Made by a program: the position numbers and the translations under genes. 64,000 bases of DNA from Deltaproteobacteria bacterium (GTDB lineage: Bacteria > Desulfobacterota > Desulfobulbia > Desulfobulbales > Desulfurivibrionaceae). The stretch's first letter is position 1. Every line of letters starts with the position of its first letter. Under the pieces are notes generated by a model. That model had not been told where the DNA came from. It was given only the letters and a program-made list of their open reading frames with translations, and ran no database searches. Location of the stretch: the NCBI GenBank assembly GCA_021802645.1, contig JAJZRO010000007.1, positions 51,073 to 115,072 of the forward strand, written 5' to 3'. Shown one piece after another: positions 39,202 to 48,875 of this stretch.

Positions 39202-39591
39202 TCAGGCCATGTTCTTGATGCGGTCGGCCTGGCTGATGATTTCCGTGATGCGCACACCGAAGCGGTCGTTCACCACGATGACCTCACCCTTGCCCATGAG
39301 CTTGCGGTTGACGTAGATTTCCACCGTGTCGCCCGCCGCCTTGTTCAACTCGATCACCGAACCCTGGGAGAGTTGCAGCATCTTGTTGATGATCATGCTG
39401 GTCTTGCCCAGTTCGACGGTGACCTCCAACGGCACGTCGAGCAGGAAATCGAGGTTCTGGCTGCCCGCCTGGCTGGGGGCGCCGTCACTCAACTCCTCGA
39501 AGTTCGGAGCCTGGGCGCCACTCGGGCCTTGCTCGGCAAGGGCCGCGGCCCAATCGTCTCCGGCGGTTCCTTTTCCTGGTTCGTCTGCCAT
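39202..39591 (-). CDS. fliN: flagellar motor switch protein FliN
   Basis: 129 aa with the SpoA domain LDVPLEVTVELGKTSMIINKMLQLSQGSVIELNKAAGDTVEIYVNRKLMGKGEVIVVNDRFGVRI. Confidence 0.9.
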   Translation of the reverse strand: MADEPGKGTAGDDWAAALAEQGPSGAQAPNFEELSDGAPSQAGSQNLDFLLDVPLEVTVELGKTSMIINKMLQLSQGSVIELNKAAGDTVEIYVNRKLMGKGEVIVVNDRFGVRITEIISQADRIKNMA

Positions 39592-39633
39592 GGTTGTTCT
39601 CCTCTGGTCGATGGTTCTCGCCGATGGCGGGGA

Positions 39634-40623
39634 TCAGTCTTTTTCCTGGTCCAGCACTTTTTTCTTGATCAGGAAGGCGTTGTTGCCCCGGTGGATGCCG
39701 GGGGTGCCAAGGTATTTACGGACGCCGCCCACCAAGGCGGGCATCAGTTCGTCGGTGCGGCGGTCGAGTTGGATGATGTCGCCCACCGCAAGGTCCATGA
39801 CGTCACCGGCCGGGATGGTGGCCCGTCCCAGTTCCACCCGGAGTTCCAGATCCAGGTTCTTGACGTTCTCCTGCAGGATGCGCCGGATGGTCAGGTCTTC
39901 CTCGCTCTGCTCGCGCTGGAAGGTGGTAAGCAGTTTGGCCTTGACCGATTCCAGGTTGGCGAGCGGGATACAGGTGGTGATGCTGCCCACCGCCCGGTCC
40001 ATGTCTACGTCGTAGCGGTTGATGATGACCACATCCTCCGGCTGGCAGATCTTGGCGAACTGCGGGTTGATCTCGCTCCGCACGTATTGCACCTTGAGCG
40101 GTTGCAGCGAGTACCAGGCCTTTTCCAGGTCGTTCAGGAGGATGTTCACCACCCGGCGGATGAGCCGCTGCTCGATAGCGGTGAAATCGCGGCCCTCGAT
40201 GCGGATGTTGCGGGTGCCGGTGCCGCCGAGGAAGTTCTCGACAAAGGTGAAGACGAGTTTCGGTTCCAGCACGATGAGGGCGTGACCGCGGAAGGGGGCC
40301 ATCTTGAAGATCTGCAGGCTGCTCGGCACCGGCAGGGTGCGGACGAAGGCACCGAAGCGCTCCAGCTCCATGGGGGCGGCGGTGAGGTCGATGATGCGGC
40401 GCAAGGTGGTGGAGAGCGAGGTGCGCACCGCGCGCATGAAGGCGTCACTGATCGCCTCCATGGCCGGCATCTTGACCTGCACGATGCGTTGCTGCCGGCT
40501 GAAATCATACGGCGTGTAGCCGAGCGACTCCGCATCGATCGGCTCTTCGGGTTCCTCGATTTCGCCGCCGGCGATGCCCTTTAAGAGGGCATCAACCTCG
40601 TCCTGGCTGAGTATCTGTTCCAT
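39634..40623 (-). CDS. fliM: flagellar motor switch protein FliM
   Basis: 329 aa with the N-terminal CheY-P binding motif LSQDEVDALL. The C-terminal SpoA-like domain is also present. Confidence 0.92.
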   Translation of the reverse strand: MEQILSQDEVDALLKGIAGGEIEEPEEPIDAESLGYTPYDFSRQQRIVQVKMPAMEAISDAFMRAVRTSLSTTLRRIIDLTAAPMELERFGAFVRTLPVPSSLQIFKMAPFRGHALIVLEPKLVFTFVENFLGGTGTRNIRIEGRDFTAIEQRLIRRVVNILLNDLEKAWYSLQPLKVQYVRSEINPQFAKICQPEDVVIINRYDVDMDRAVGSITTCIPLANLESVKAKLLTTFQREQSEEDLTIRRILQENVKNLDLELRVELGRATIPAGDVMDLAVGDIIQLDRRTDELMPALVGGVRKYLGTPGIHRGNNAFLIKKKVLDQEKD

Positions 40624-40665
40624 GCGTTGCTCTCGGTTTCGCGGGTCAGAACGCGCGGGTCGCGC

Positions 40666-41175
40666 CTACTGCACGACGAAGTCGGTGAAGTAGATGTTTT
40701 TGATCCGGTCGGGCCGCATGATCTGGTTAAAGCGCTCCAGCAGCTCGTCGCGAATGCGGATTTTGCCCTCCGGGGTCATGACCTCGTCAAAGGAAAGGCT
40801 GGTGAGCAACATGATCACCGTGTCCCGCAATTTGGGGATGACCTGCTTGGCCTTTTCCGCCGCGGCCGGATTTTCGAGTTCGAGTTCGACTTTCAGTTTC
40901 AGATAGCGCTTGCCCGAAGGGTCGGCCAGATTGACGACAAAGGGTTCGAGGGGCAGAATCTCACCAATGGCCTTGCCCGATTCGCCCTTGCCTCCCTCTT
41001 CTTTTTTCTCTTCTCCCGCCGCCGTAGGCTTATGGGTCATGAATTTGGTGTAGGCGAAGAAGCCGCCGCCGCCCACCAGCAGAATGGTCACCCCCAGGAT
41101 GATGAAGAACATGAGTTTGGATTTCTTCGGTGCCTCTTGACTTCCGGCAGCCTCAGTCGCCTTTTCGTCCGCCAT
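40666..41175 (-). CDS. fliL: flagellar basal-body-associated protein FliL
   Basis: Start at ATG 41175 (AGGAG RBS). It has one TM helix, then PLEPFVVNLADPSGKRYLKLKVELEL...RDTVIMLLTS...IRDELLERFNQ, the canonical FliL pattern. First gene of the operon. Confidence 0.85.
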   Translation of the reverse strand: MADEKATEAAGSQEAPKKSKLMFFIILGVTILLVGGGGFFAYTKFMTHKPTAAGEEKKEEGGKGESGKAIGEILPLEPFVVNLADPSGKRYLKLKVELELENPAAAEKAKQVIPKLRDTVIMLLTSLSFDEVMTPEGKIRIRDELLERFNQIMRPDRIKNIYFTDFVVQ

Positions 41176-41235
41176 GTCGTCTCCTCTTTCAGGTAAGCGT
41201 GGACACCCGGTGTCCCTTGGTCTGCCAGCATCCCA

Positions 41236-41251
41236 AGCAAGCATCATGCCA
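41236..41251 (-). promoter_or_regulatory. candidate sigma-54 promoter of the fliL-fliA operon
   Basis: The minus strand reads TGGCATGATGCTTGCT (GG-N10-GC spacing correct), about 60 nt upstream of the fliL ATG. Confidence 0.5.
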
Positions 41252-41720
41252 AGAACCGATTGATGGGTTTAATGTACTGATTTCAGGAGGATTGTTCAAA
41301 TTTTTTCCATTCGTTGGCCGATGATTGCGTGTCGTTGGGCAGCCATGGTCGTCATAATATTGACGAATTGACAGATGAAGTGTCAAAAAAGAGGGGCCTT
41401 GGCGTGAGAAAGGGAAAGTGGCGGCTGGGTCCTGTACAAGTGGCCGTTGGTATGGTAAATAGTGCCATTCGGAAACGGCCCTTTCGCCCGATTGCTGCGT
41501 TGCTCGGTCGCCGAAAAATGCTCAACGTACCGCGTGTACGCTCCGCTTTTTCGTCTCCATCGCTTCTTGCCCTCGAACGAAATCGCTCGTTTCCAATTTG
41601 GCACTCGGCAAGCGGTTCTTTAAACAATAAACAACCAGCAACGGCACGTTGCTCGCCTTTGTTGGGCATCCGCGGCGAGGCGTTGGCTCGCCGTTGGTCA
41701 GCAACCTTGAGGAGCAGGAC

Positions 41721-43649
41721 ATGGGCAAGACAGTTACCGAAAAGATATTGGCCGCCCATCTGGTGGAAGGCCGGATGGAAAAGGGTGCCGAGATCGGCAT
41801 CCGCATCGACCAGACCCTCACCCAGGATGCCACCGGCACCATGGCGTACCTCGAATTCGAGGCCATCGGCATCCCGCGGGTGCAGACGGAACTTTCCGTC
41901 TGCTACGTGGACCACAACCTGCTCCAGTCCGATTTCCGCAACGCCGACGACCACCGCTTCCTGCAATCCATTGCCCGCCGCTTCGGTCTCTACTTCTCGC
42001 CGCCGGGCAACGGCATCTCCCACCAGATCCACCTGGAGCGCTTCGGGCTGCCGGGCAAGACTCTCTTGGGCTCCGACAGCCACACCCCCACCGGCGGGGG
42101 TTTGGGCATGCTCGCCATCGGCGCCGGCGGCCTCGATGTCGCCATGGCCATGGCCGGCAAGCCCTTCTACCTCGTCATGCCCAAGGTGTACGGCGTGAAG
42201 TTGACCGGCACGCTGCGGCCCTGGGTTTCGGCTCGCGACGTGCTGCTTGAGATCCTGCGCCGTCTCTCGGTCAAGGGCGGAGTGGGCTATATCATGGAAT
42301 ACTTCGGCCCCGGGGTCGCGGAACTCTCGGTCACCGACCGCGCCTCCATCACCAACTTCGGCGCCGAACTCGGCGCCACCACCTCGGTCTTCCCCTCGGA
42401 CGAGAACACCAAAAAATTCCTGGAAAGCCAGGGCCGGGCGGAAGCCTGGCAGGAGATCGTCGCCGACCCGGATGCCGTGTACGACGAGGTGATCGAGATC
42501 GACATGTCGCAGCTCGAACCCCTCATCGCCTGCCCCTCCTCGCCGGACAAGGTGGTGAAGGTAAGTGAGGTGGCGGGCAAGCCGGTGGCCCAGGTGCTGG
42601 TCGGCTCCTGCTCCAACTCGTCGCTGCGCGACCTGATGGTGGTGGCCAAGACCCTGGAGAGCCGCACGGTGAGCACCAACGTGAGCTTCGAGATCAACCC
42701 CGGCAGCCGTCAGGTCCTGGAAAACCTCACCGCCCAGGGCGACATGCTCTCCCTGGTGCGGGCCGGCGCCCGGGTGCACCAGGCCGGCTGCCTCGGCTGC
42801 ATCGGCATGGGCCAGGCGCCGCCCACCGGCGCCATTTCGCTGCGCACCTTCCCCCGCAACTTCCCGGGCCGCAGCGGCACCAAGGACGATCAGGTCTACC
42901 TCTGCAGCCCCGAAGTGGCGGTGGCCGCGGCCATCACCGGCAAGATCACCGACCCGCGCGAGCTGGGCGACTACCCCGCCTTCACCCTGCCGGCGAAGTA
43001 CCTGCTCGGCGACCAGCGCATCGAAAAGCCGCTGGCTCCGGCCGAGGCCGAGAAGATCGAGATCATCCGCGGCCCGAACATCGCGCCCTTCCCCCGCTTT
43101 GCGCCGCTGCCCGAGCACTGGCAGGGCACGGTGCTCCTGAAGGTGGAGGACAACATCACCACCGACCACATCATGCCCGCCGGTGCCAAGGTGCTGCCGC
43201 TCCGCAGTAATGTGCCGGCCATCAGCGAGTTCGTCTACAACGCGGTGGACCCGGAGTTCGTGGCCCGGGCCAAGGCCAATCAGCCTGGCATGGTGGTGGG
43301 CGGCGACAACTACGGCCAGGGCTCCTCCCGCGAACACGCGGCCTTGGCCCCGCGCTACCTCGGGGTGCAGGTGAAGCTGGTCAAGAGCTTCGCCCGCATC
43401 CACAAGGCCAACCTCTACAACTTCGGCATCGTGCCGCTCACCTTCGTCAACCCGGCGGATTACGATCTGATCAGCCAGGGGGCGCAGGTGCGCATCCCCG
43501 ACATCCGCAAGAAGATCGCAGCCGGCGAGGAGATCCTCACCGTGGAGGTGAACGGCAAGGTGATCGAGGCTCGCCTCGATGCCTCGGCCCGCCACCGCGA
43601 GATGCTGGTGGCCGGCAGCCTCCTGGGCATGGCCAAGAGTGCCGGGTGA
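41721..43649 (+). CDS. aconitate hydratase (short, ~640-aa aconitase family)
   Basis: Start at ATG 41721 (GAGGAG RBS). Motifs DQTLTQDATG, GSDSHT and Fe-S ligand contexts (GSCSNSS, GCLGCIGMGQ), plus the swivel domain GDNYGQGSSREHAA. Confidence 0.9.
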   Translation: MGKTVTEKILAAHLVEGRMEKGAEIGIRIDQTLTQDATGTMAYLEFEAIGIPRVQTELSVCYVDHNLLQSDFRNADDHRFLQSIARRFGLYFSPPGNGISHQIHLERFGLPGKTLLGSDSHTPTGGGLGMLAIGAGGLDVAMAMAGKPFYLVMPKVYGVKLTGTLRPWVSARDVLLEILRRLSVKGGVGYIMEYFGPGVAELSVTDRASITNFGAELGATTSVFPSDENTKKFLESQGRAEAWQEIVADPDAVYDEVIEIDMSQLEPLIACPSSPDKVVKVSEVAGKPVAQVLVGSCSNSSLRDLMVVAKTLESRTVSTNVSFEINPGSRQVLENLTAQGDMLSLVRAGARVHQAGCLGCIGMGQAPPTGAISLRTFPRNFPGRSGTKDDQVYLCSPEVAVAAAITGKITDPRELGDYPAFTLPAKYLLGDQRIEKPLAPAEAEKIEIIRGPNIAPFPRFAPLPEHWQGTVLLKVEDNITTDHIMPAGAKVLPLRSNVPAISEFVYNAVDPEFVARAKANQPGMVVGGDNYGQGSSREHAALAPRYLGVQVKLVKSFARIHKANLYNFGIVPLTFVNPADYDLISQGAQVRIPDIRKKIAAGEEILTVEVNGKVIEARLDASARHREMLVAGSLLGMAKSAG

Positions 43650-43677
43650 GCGGACGGTAACAGTGGTGCTATGATGA

Positions 43678-43707
43678 GGGGCTGGCCGTGTGGCCAGCCC
43701 CTTTTTT
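43678..43707 (+). terminator. rho-independent terminator of the aconitase gene
   Basis: GGGGCTGGCC (43678-43687) pairs with GGCCAGCCCC (43692-43701), followed by TTTTTT. Confidence 0.85.
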
Positions 43708-44148
43708 GTGTTTCCCTCCTTCTTTTGTTCGCCGTTATGCCGGATGGGTGCAAAAGCCGGATGGGTGCAAAAGAAGGAGGCAAGAAAAGGGCGCCCGACT
43801 GTCCCGGTCCTGACGGACTTCCCGCAGGTACTCGCCGCAGGCGGGAACGCCGTGAACTCGCCCTCCCTGGCTCAGGCCAGACAGCACAGCGTTCTTTTTC
43901 CGCCAGCGGCTGCGTCCTGCGTCCGGTCCAGGACGGGGTTTTGTTGAACCCGTTTCACGCAGCCGAGCACCGGAGAAGACGCCGAACAAGGAGTTTGAAC
44001 TGTTTGAGGCGAAGCCGAGTTTTCAAACTCCCGGCGTTTTCGAGGAGCGCAGGGTAGCCCGCAGGGCCAAGTGATCGGGTGCCCTTTCTTTGGTTCGTTT
44101 CTTTGGGCAAGCAAAGAAATGAACAGAAAAAGCAGGTCGTGGAAGATT

Positions 44149-45087
44149 ATGGAACTCGATGCATTGAGCGTGGGGCTGACCCGCTGCCCCGACTATGACC
44201 GGGCCAAGATCAAGGCCGAGGTGGAGCGCCTCTGCGCGGCCCTTGCCTTCCGGCCTTCCTCCGGCACCAAGGTCTTGCTCAAGCCGAACCTGGTGGCCGG
44301 CACCCGGCGCGACGGGCTGCCCTGTACCCATCCGGAATTCGTGGCCGCGGTGGCGGAGTGGTGCCTCGACCATGGCTGCACCGTCACCGTAGGGGATTCG
44401 CCTGCCTTCGGCACCGCCCGCATGGTCATGCGTTCCTGCGGCATGGCGGCCGCGCTCAAGGGATTGCCGGTGCAGCTCGTCAACTTCGGGCGCTCCCGGC
44501 GCCATCGCTTGCTTCACGGCGCCCACGTCGGCATTGCCCGTGCGGCCCTGGAATGCGACTGCCTCATCAATCTGCCCCGGGTCAAGGCGCACGGCCAACT
44601 CCTCGTGACCCTGGCGGTCAAGAACTACTTCGGCACCGTGGTGGGGTTTCGCAAACCGCTGCTCCATGCCCGTCATGGCGGCCATGAGGGCGACTTTGCC
44701 CGCATGATCGTCGATCTGCTGCCGGTCTTGTCCGGTGGTATCACCCTCATCGACGGCATCGTTGCCATGCACCGCCAGGGACCGGTGAAGGGAGATCCTT
44801 TTCCTTTGGGTCTGATCGGCGCGGCGGTCAATCCGGTGGCACTGGACAGCGCCCTGCTTACCGTGCTCGGCATCGATCCGCAGCGAAGCTCGATCTGGTG
44901 CGAGTGCCGGCGTCGGAACCTGGCGGGGTGGCATCCGGATGGGGTCCGTTATCTGTTGCGCAACCCCCAGGAGTTCCGGGCGACCGGTTTTCTGGTGCCG
45001 CGCCATCTGAAACCCATCAGCTTTCACCCGTGGCATCTTGCCAAGGGCGCGATGAAGCGCCTGTGCAGCCGGCTCTTGCTGCGATAG
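44149..45087 (+). CDS. DUF362-domain protein
   Basis: Start at ATG 44149. KVLLKPNLVAG...HPEFVAAVAEWCLDHGCTVTVGDSPAFG...INLPRVKAHGQLLVTLAVKNYFG is the DUF362 pattern. Confidence 0.7.
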   Translation: MELDALSVGLTRCPDYDRAKIKAEVERLCAALAFRPSSGTKVLLKPNLVAGTRRDGLPCTHPEFVAAVAEWCLDHGCTVTVGDSPAFGTARMVMRSCGMAAALKGLPVQLVNFGRSRRHRLLHGAHVGIARAALECDCLINLPRVKAHGQLLVTLAVKNYFGTVVGFRKPLLHARHGGHEGDFARMIVDLLPVLSGGITLIDGIVAMHRQGPVKGDPFPLGLIGAAVNPVALDSALLTVLGIDPQRSSIWCECRRRNLAGWHPDGVRYLLRNPQEFRATGFLVPRHLKPISFHPWHLAKGAMKRLCSRLLLR

Positions 45088-45183
45088 TGCGGCCTGGCCC
45101 TTGTCTTTCCGGCCGGAGTCTTATACAATCGGGCGAACGCGCAGAGGCGACAAGACGAAGAGGACAGTGATACATGAAGGAGT

Positions 45184-45942
45184 ATGGCCATGTATGAGTT
45201 ACAGGGAAAGGTGGCGCTGATCACCGGCAGTTCGCGGGGAATCGGCAAGGCGATTGCGTTGAAGCTGGCGGCAAGCGGCGTCGATCTGGTGGTGAACTAC
45301 GTGCGCCACCGGCAGGATGCCGAGCAGACCGCGGCCCAGATCGAGCAGCATGGCGTCAAATGTCTGGTGGTGAAGGCCAATGTGGCCGAAGACAACGACG
45401 TGCGCGCCATGTTCGATCTGATTGGGGCCGAGTTCGGGCGGGTCGATTTTCTGATCAGCAATGCCGCCTCGGGTGTGCTCAAGCCGGCCATGGAACTCAC
45501 CGCCCGCCACTGGAATTGGGCGATGGACATCAACGCCCGCGCGCTGCTGATGCTGGCCCAACAGGCGGTGCCGCTGATGCCGGAAGGCGGCCGCATCATG
45601 GCGGTCTCCAGCATGGGCGCGGTGCGGGCCATCGAGAACTACACCGCGGTGGGTGCCTCCAAGGCGGCGCTCGAATCGCTGGTGCGCCATCTGGCGGTGG
45701 AGCTGGGGCCGAAGAAGATCAACGTCAACACCATCAGCGCCGGTGCGGTGGATACCGAGGCCCTGAAGAAGTTCCCCAACCGTCAGCAGATTCTGGACGG
45801 CGCCATTGCCCGCACCCCGCTGGGTCGGCTCACCACGCCGGACGACGTCGCCAACGTGGCACTCTTCCTGTGCAGCGAACTGGCCAGCATGATCCAGGGC
45901 CAGACCATTGTCGTGGACGGCGGCTATTCCATCCGCGCCTGA
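45184..45942 (+). CDS. fabL: enoyl-[acyl-carrier-protein] reductase, FabL type (SDR family)
   Basis: 252 aa, collinear with remembered B. subtilis FabL (LVTGSSRG.GKA.A..LA..G...V.NY.R......T...IE..GVK.LVVKANV...; NAASGVL.P.MEL...HW.W.M.INA.ALL; ENYT.VG.SKAALE.L.RYLAVEL.PK.I.VN..S.GA.DT.ALK.FPNR). Confidence 0.75.
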   Translation: MAMYELQGKVALITGSSRGIGKAIALKLAASGVDLVVNYVRHRQDAEQTAAQIEQHGVKCLVVKANVAEDNDVRAMFDLIGAEFGRVDFLISNAASGVLKPAMELTARHWNWAMDINARALLMLAQQAVPLMPEGGRIMAVSSMGAVRAIENYTAVGASKAALESLVRHLAVELGPKKINVNTISAGAVDTEALKKFPNRQQILDGAIARTPLGRLTTPDDVANVALFLCSELASMIQGQTIVVDGGYSIRA

Positions 45943-46541
45943 TGCAGCCCCATTCCTGCTTTCATACGGTGGTCGAGCTGGTGCTGGCTTCGGCCTCGCC
46001 GCGGCGACAGCGCTTTCTCCATGAGTTGGGCCTCGATTTCACCGTGCAGCCGGCGGATGTGGACGAGAGTCTGACCCCTGGCGAGTTGCCGGCGGTTTTC
46101 GTGCGTCGCCTGGCGGAAGACAAGGCGCGGGCCGTGGCCGGCATGCGGCTGGCGGCGTGGGTGCTGGCCGCGGATACCATTGTCGAGGTGGAGGGTGAGA
46201 TTCTCGGCAAACCGGTTGATGGCGCCGATGCGGTGCGGTTGCTGCAAAAGCTGCGCAACCGTTGGCATGCGGTGTGGACCGGTTTCTGCCTCATGCGGGG
46301 GCAGGCGGTGGTGACCGGGGTGGTGCGGAGCGAGGTGCGGTTCGGCGACTTTTCCGATGCGGTCTGCGCTGCCTATGTCGCCACCGGCGAACCGCTCGAC
46401 AAGGCCGGTGCCTATGGCATCCAGGGCAAGGGCGCCTTCCTGATCCGCGAGATCAAGGGCTCCTACAGCAATGTGGTGGGGCTGCCGCTGCACGAGGTGG
46501 TGGATGCCCTGCTGGCCCAACGCATCATCGAACCCCGCTAA
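45942..46541 (+). CDS. maf: Maf-family nucleoside triphosphate pyrophosphatase
   Basis: 199 aa from ATG 45942 (TGATG overlap with fabL). Motifs LVLASASPRRQRFLHELGL, ADTIV and DKAGAYGIQG. Confidence 0.88.
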   Translation: MQPHSCFHTVVELVLASASPRRQRFLHELGLDFTVQPADVDESLTPGELPAVFVRRLAEDKARAVAGMRLAAWVLAADTIVEVEGEILGKPVDGADAVRLLQKLRNRWHAVWTGFCLMRGQAVVTGVVRSEVRFGDFSDAVCAAYVATGEPLDKAGAYGIQGKGAFLIREIKGSYSNVVGLPLHEVVDALLAQRIIEPR

Positions 46542-46756
46542 TTCCATTTCAACCAAGCGGTAACTTCGCCGCTTCGCTGCTGCCGGCTCAACGCGCGGCG
46601 CGGCTCCTCGCCGTACTGGCTACTGTCTCGTCCGTCGTGCTTCCGCCATCCCTGGCTCGCACGACCTTAGGCCCTTCTTGGCCGTCGCTACTCGCTCGTC
46701 AATGGAGCAAGCCCATCCACTGCCTTCGCGTTCCCATCTTGTTTGGAAATGGAATT
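46540..46756. repeat. ~215-bp intergenic element bounded by imperfect terminal inverted repeats (MITE/REP-like)
   Basis: AATTCCATTTCAACCAAG (46540-46557) faces CTTGTTTGGAAATGGAATT (46738-46756). The outer 11 bp are perfect inverted repeats. It fills the convergent maf/glyS gap and has no convincing ORF. Confidence 0.4.
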
Positions 46757-46768
46757 CGTCCTTTTATC

Positions 46769-48853
46769 TCAACTCCCTTGCTGATTCAGGGCGTACATCT
46801 TCGAGAAATCCCCCACCTTGCGGAAGAGGCCGGCAATGGCGGTGAGCAGCGCCAGGCGGTTGCGGCGCACGCTCGCGTCTTCCGCCATCACCATCACCTG
46901 GTCGAAGAAGGTGTCGATGGGTTCCTTCATCCTGAGAATCACCGCCAGGGCCTCTTCGTATTTCTGCGCCGCCAGCATCGGTGCCGCCTCGGCCTCGATG
47001 GCGCGCAGGGCGGCGGCGAGCGCGCGCTCCGCCGGTTCCGCCAGGGCCGCCTCGTCGATGCGGGTATCGGTGTTCTCCTTGATGATGTTGTTGACCCGCT
47101 TGAAGGAGCCGGCCAGCAGGGCAAAGGCCGGCTGGGCATTGATGGCGATAAGCGCCTCGATCCGGCGGCGGCAGTCCACCACGTCGTCGAAGTCCACCGA
47201 GACTACGGCCTCCACCGCCTCGATCGGCATTCCCTGGCCGGTGAGGTCGTTGGCAAAGCGGCCCTTGATGAACTCCAGCACGTTGGCGCGGGCGGTTGTC
47301 AGTGGTTCGGTGAGCTGGCATTGGTAGAGGGCGAGCGCCCGATCAAGCCAGGAGCCGAGAGAGAGCGAGAGGTTCTTGCCCTGGAGCAGGGACAGGAGGC
47401 CCAATGCCTGACGCCGTAGGCCAAAGGGGTCGGCGGTGCCGGTGGGCTTCTGGCCGATGCCGAAGTAGCCGGCTAACGTGTCGAGCCGGTCGGCGATGCC
47501 GATGATGGTGCCGGCCAACTCGTGCGGCAATTCGCCGCCGGCCCTGAGCGGCAGGTAGTGTTCGGCAATGGCCGTGGCCACCGCCGCCGGTTCACCATGC
47601 AACAGCGCGTAATCGCGGCCGATGCTGCCCTGCAGGGTGGGGAATTCGCCCACCATGTTGGTGAGCAGGTCGGTCTTGGCGAGCAGCGCCGCTCGTTTGA
47701 CCGTCTCGATCAGTTCCGGCGCCAGTTGGCTGGCGAGTTCGCCGGCCAACTGCACCACCCGTTCGGTCTTCTCCGCCATGGTGCCGAGCTTGGCCTGGAA
47801 GACCACGCCGGAGAGATCAGCCACCCGGTCGGCGAGGGTGCGGTGCTGATCTTCCTTGAAAAAGAAGAAGGCGTCTTCGAGTCGGGCGCGGATCACCCGC
47901 TGGTGGCCGTCGGCGCCGAGGACCGGGTCCTTGACCCTGGTGTTGTTCACCGCCACGAAGTGGGGCATGAGCTTGCCCCCTGCATCCACCACGGCGAAGT
48001 ATTTTTGATGCTCGCGCATCGAGGTGATGAGCACCTCCTGCGGCAGGGCGAGGAAGCGCTCCTCGAAGGTCCCGCAGATGGCGTGCGGCTTTTCCACCAG
48101 ATTGGTGACCGTGTCGATCAACTCCTCGTCGGGCAGGATGCGGCCGCCGATAGTATCGGCTGCCTTGGTGATCTCGCTTCGTACCGCCTCGCGCCGTTCG
48201 CTCGGATCGGCCAATACCTCGGCGGCGCGCAGATCGTCGAGGTAGTCGGCGAAATCTTGCGGCTCCATGGCCTGCGGGGCCATGAAGCGATGGCCATAGG
48301 TGCGGCTGCCGCTCTCCAGCGTCTCGAGGCGGAAGGGGATGGCCTGGCCATTGTACCGGGCCAGCAGCCATTGGATCGGCCGGGCGAAGTGGAGGCGGCC
48401 GCTGCCCCAGTGCATCGACTTGGGAAAGGGGATGGTTGGAATCAGTTCCGGCAGCACCTCGGCCAGCAGCGCCGGCGTGGCCTTGCCCGGTTGCTCGACC
48501 CGCACCATCAGGTATTCGCCCTTGGGGGTGGCTACCACCTCGATCGCCTCCACCGCGACGCCGCGGGACTGGGCAAAACCGACGGCCGCCTTGGTCGGCT
48601 GGCCTTGTTGATCGAAGGCCGCCTTTTTTGGTGGCCCCAGAACCTCCTCGACCCGGTCGGGCTGGCGTTCGGCCAGCTCGCTGACGCAGACGGTGAGGCG
48701 CCGGGGGGTGGCGGCGGTCTTGGCCTCGCTGAACGTCAGGCCCAGTTCGCCGAGGCGGCGGGTGAGATTTTCCTTGAGGCTGGCTAAGGCCGGCATCAGG
48801 TAGCCGGCCGGGATTTCCTCGGTGCCGATTTCAAAGAGCAGTTCGTGGGCCAT
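46769..48853 (-). CDS. glyS: glycine--tRNA ligase beta subunit
   Basis: 694 aa with N-terminus LLFEIGTEEIPAGY and typical GlyS length and pattern. Confidence 0.95.
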   Translation of the reverse strand: MAHELLFEIGTEEIPAGYLMPALASLKENLTRRLGELGLTFSEAKTAATPRRLTVCVSELAERQPDRVEEVLGPPKKAAFDQQGQPTKAAVGFAQSRGVAVEAIEVVATPKGEYLMVRVEQPGKATPALLAEVLPELIPTIPFPKSMHWGSGRLHFARPIQWLLARYNGQAIPFRLETLESGSRTYGHRFMAPQAMEPQDFADYLDDLRAAEVLADPSERREAVRSEITKAADTIGGRILPDEELIDTVTNLVEKPHAICGTFEERFLALPQEVLITSMREHQKYFAVVDAGGKLMPHFVAVNNTRVKDPVLGADGHQRVIRARLEDAFFFFKEDQHRTLADRVADLSGVVFQAKLGTMAEKTERVVQLAGELASQLAPELIETVKRAALLAKTDLLTNMVGEFPTLQGSIGRDYALLHGEPAAVATAIAEHYLPLRAGGELPHELAGTIIGIADRLDTLAGYFGIGQKPTGTADPFGLRRQALGLLSLLQGKNLSLSLGSWLDRALALYQCQLTEPLTTARANVLEFIKGRFANDLTGQGMPIEAVEAVVSVDFDDVVDCRRRIEALIAINAQPAFALLAGSFKRVNNIIKENTDTRIDEAALAEPAERALAAALRAIEAEAAPMLAAQKYEEALAVILRMKEPIDTFFDQVMVMAEDASVRRNRLALLTAIAGLFRKVGDFSKMYALNQQGS

Positions 48854-48875
48854 GAGGGGTCTTCCGGGTTGGTGA

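Noticed and set aside
41599-41613. TGGCACTCGGCAAGC upstream of the aconitase gene as a sigma-54 promoter
   Set aside because: The -24 half is perfect but the -12 half (AAGC) is poor. A sigma-54-dependent aconitase has no support that I know of, so it was kept as a chance match.
41352-43595. 747-aa minus-strand ORF opposite the aconitase gene
   Set aside because: It is an antisense shadow ORF, and the aconitase Fe-S and substrate motifs are on the plus strand.
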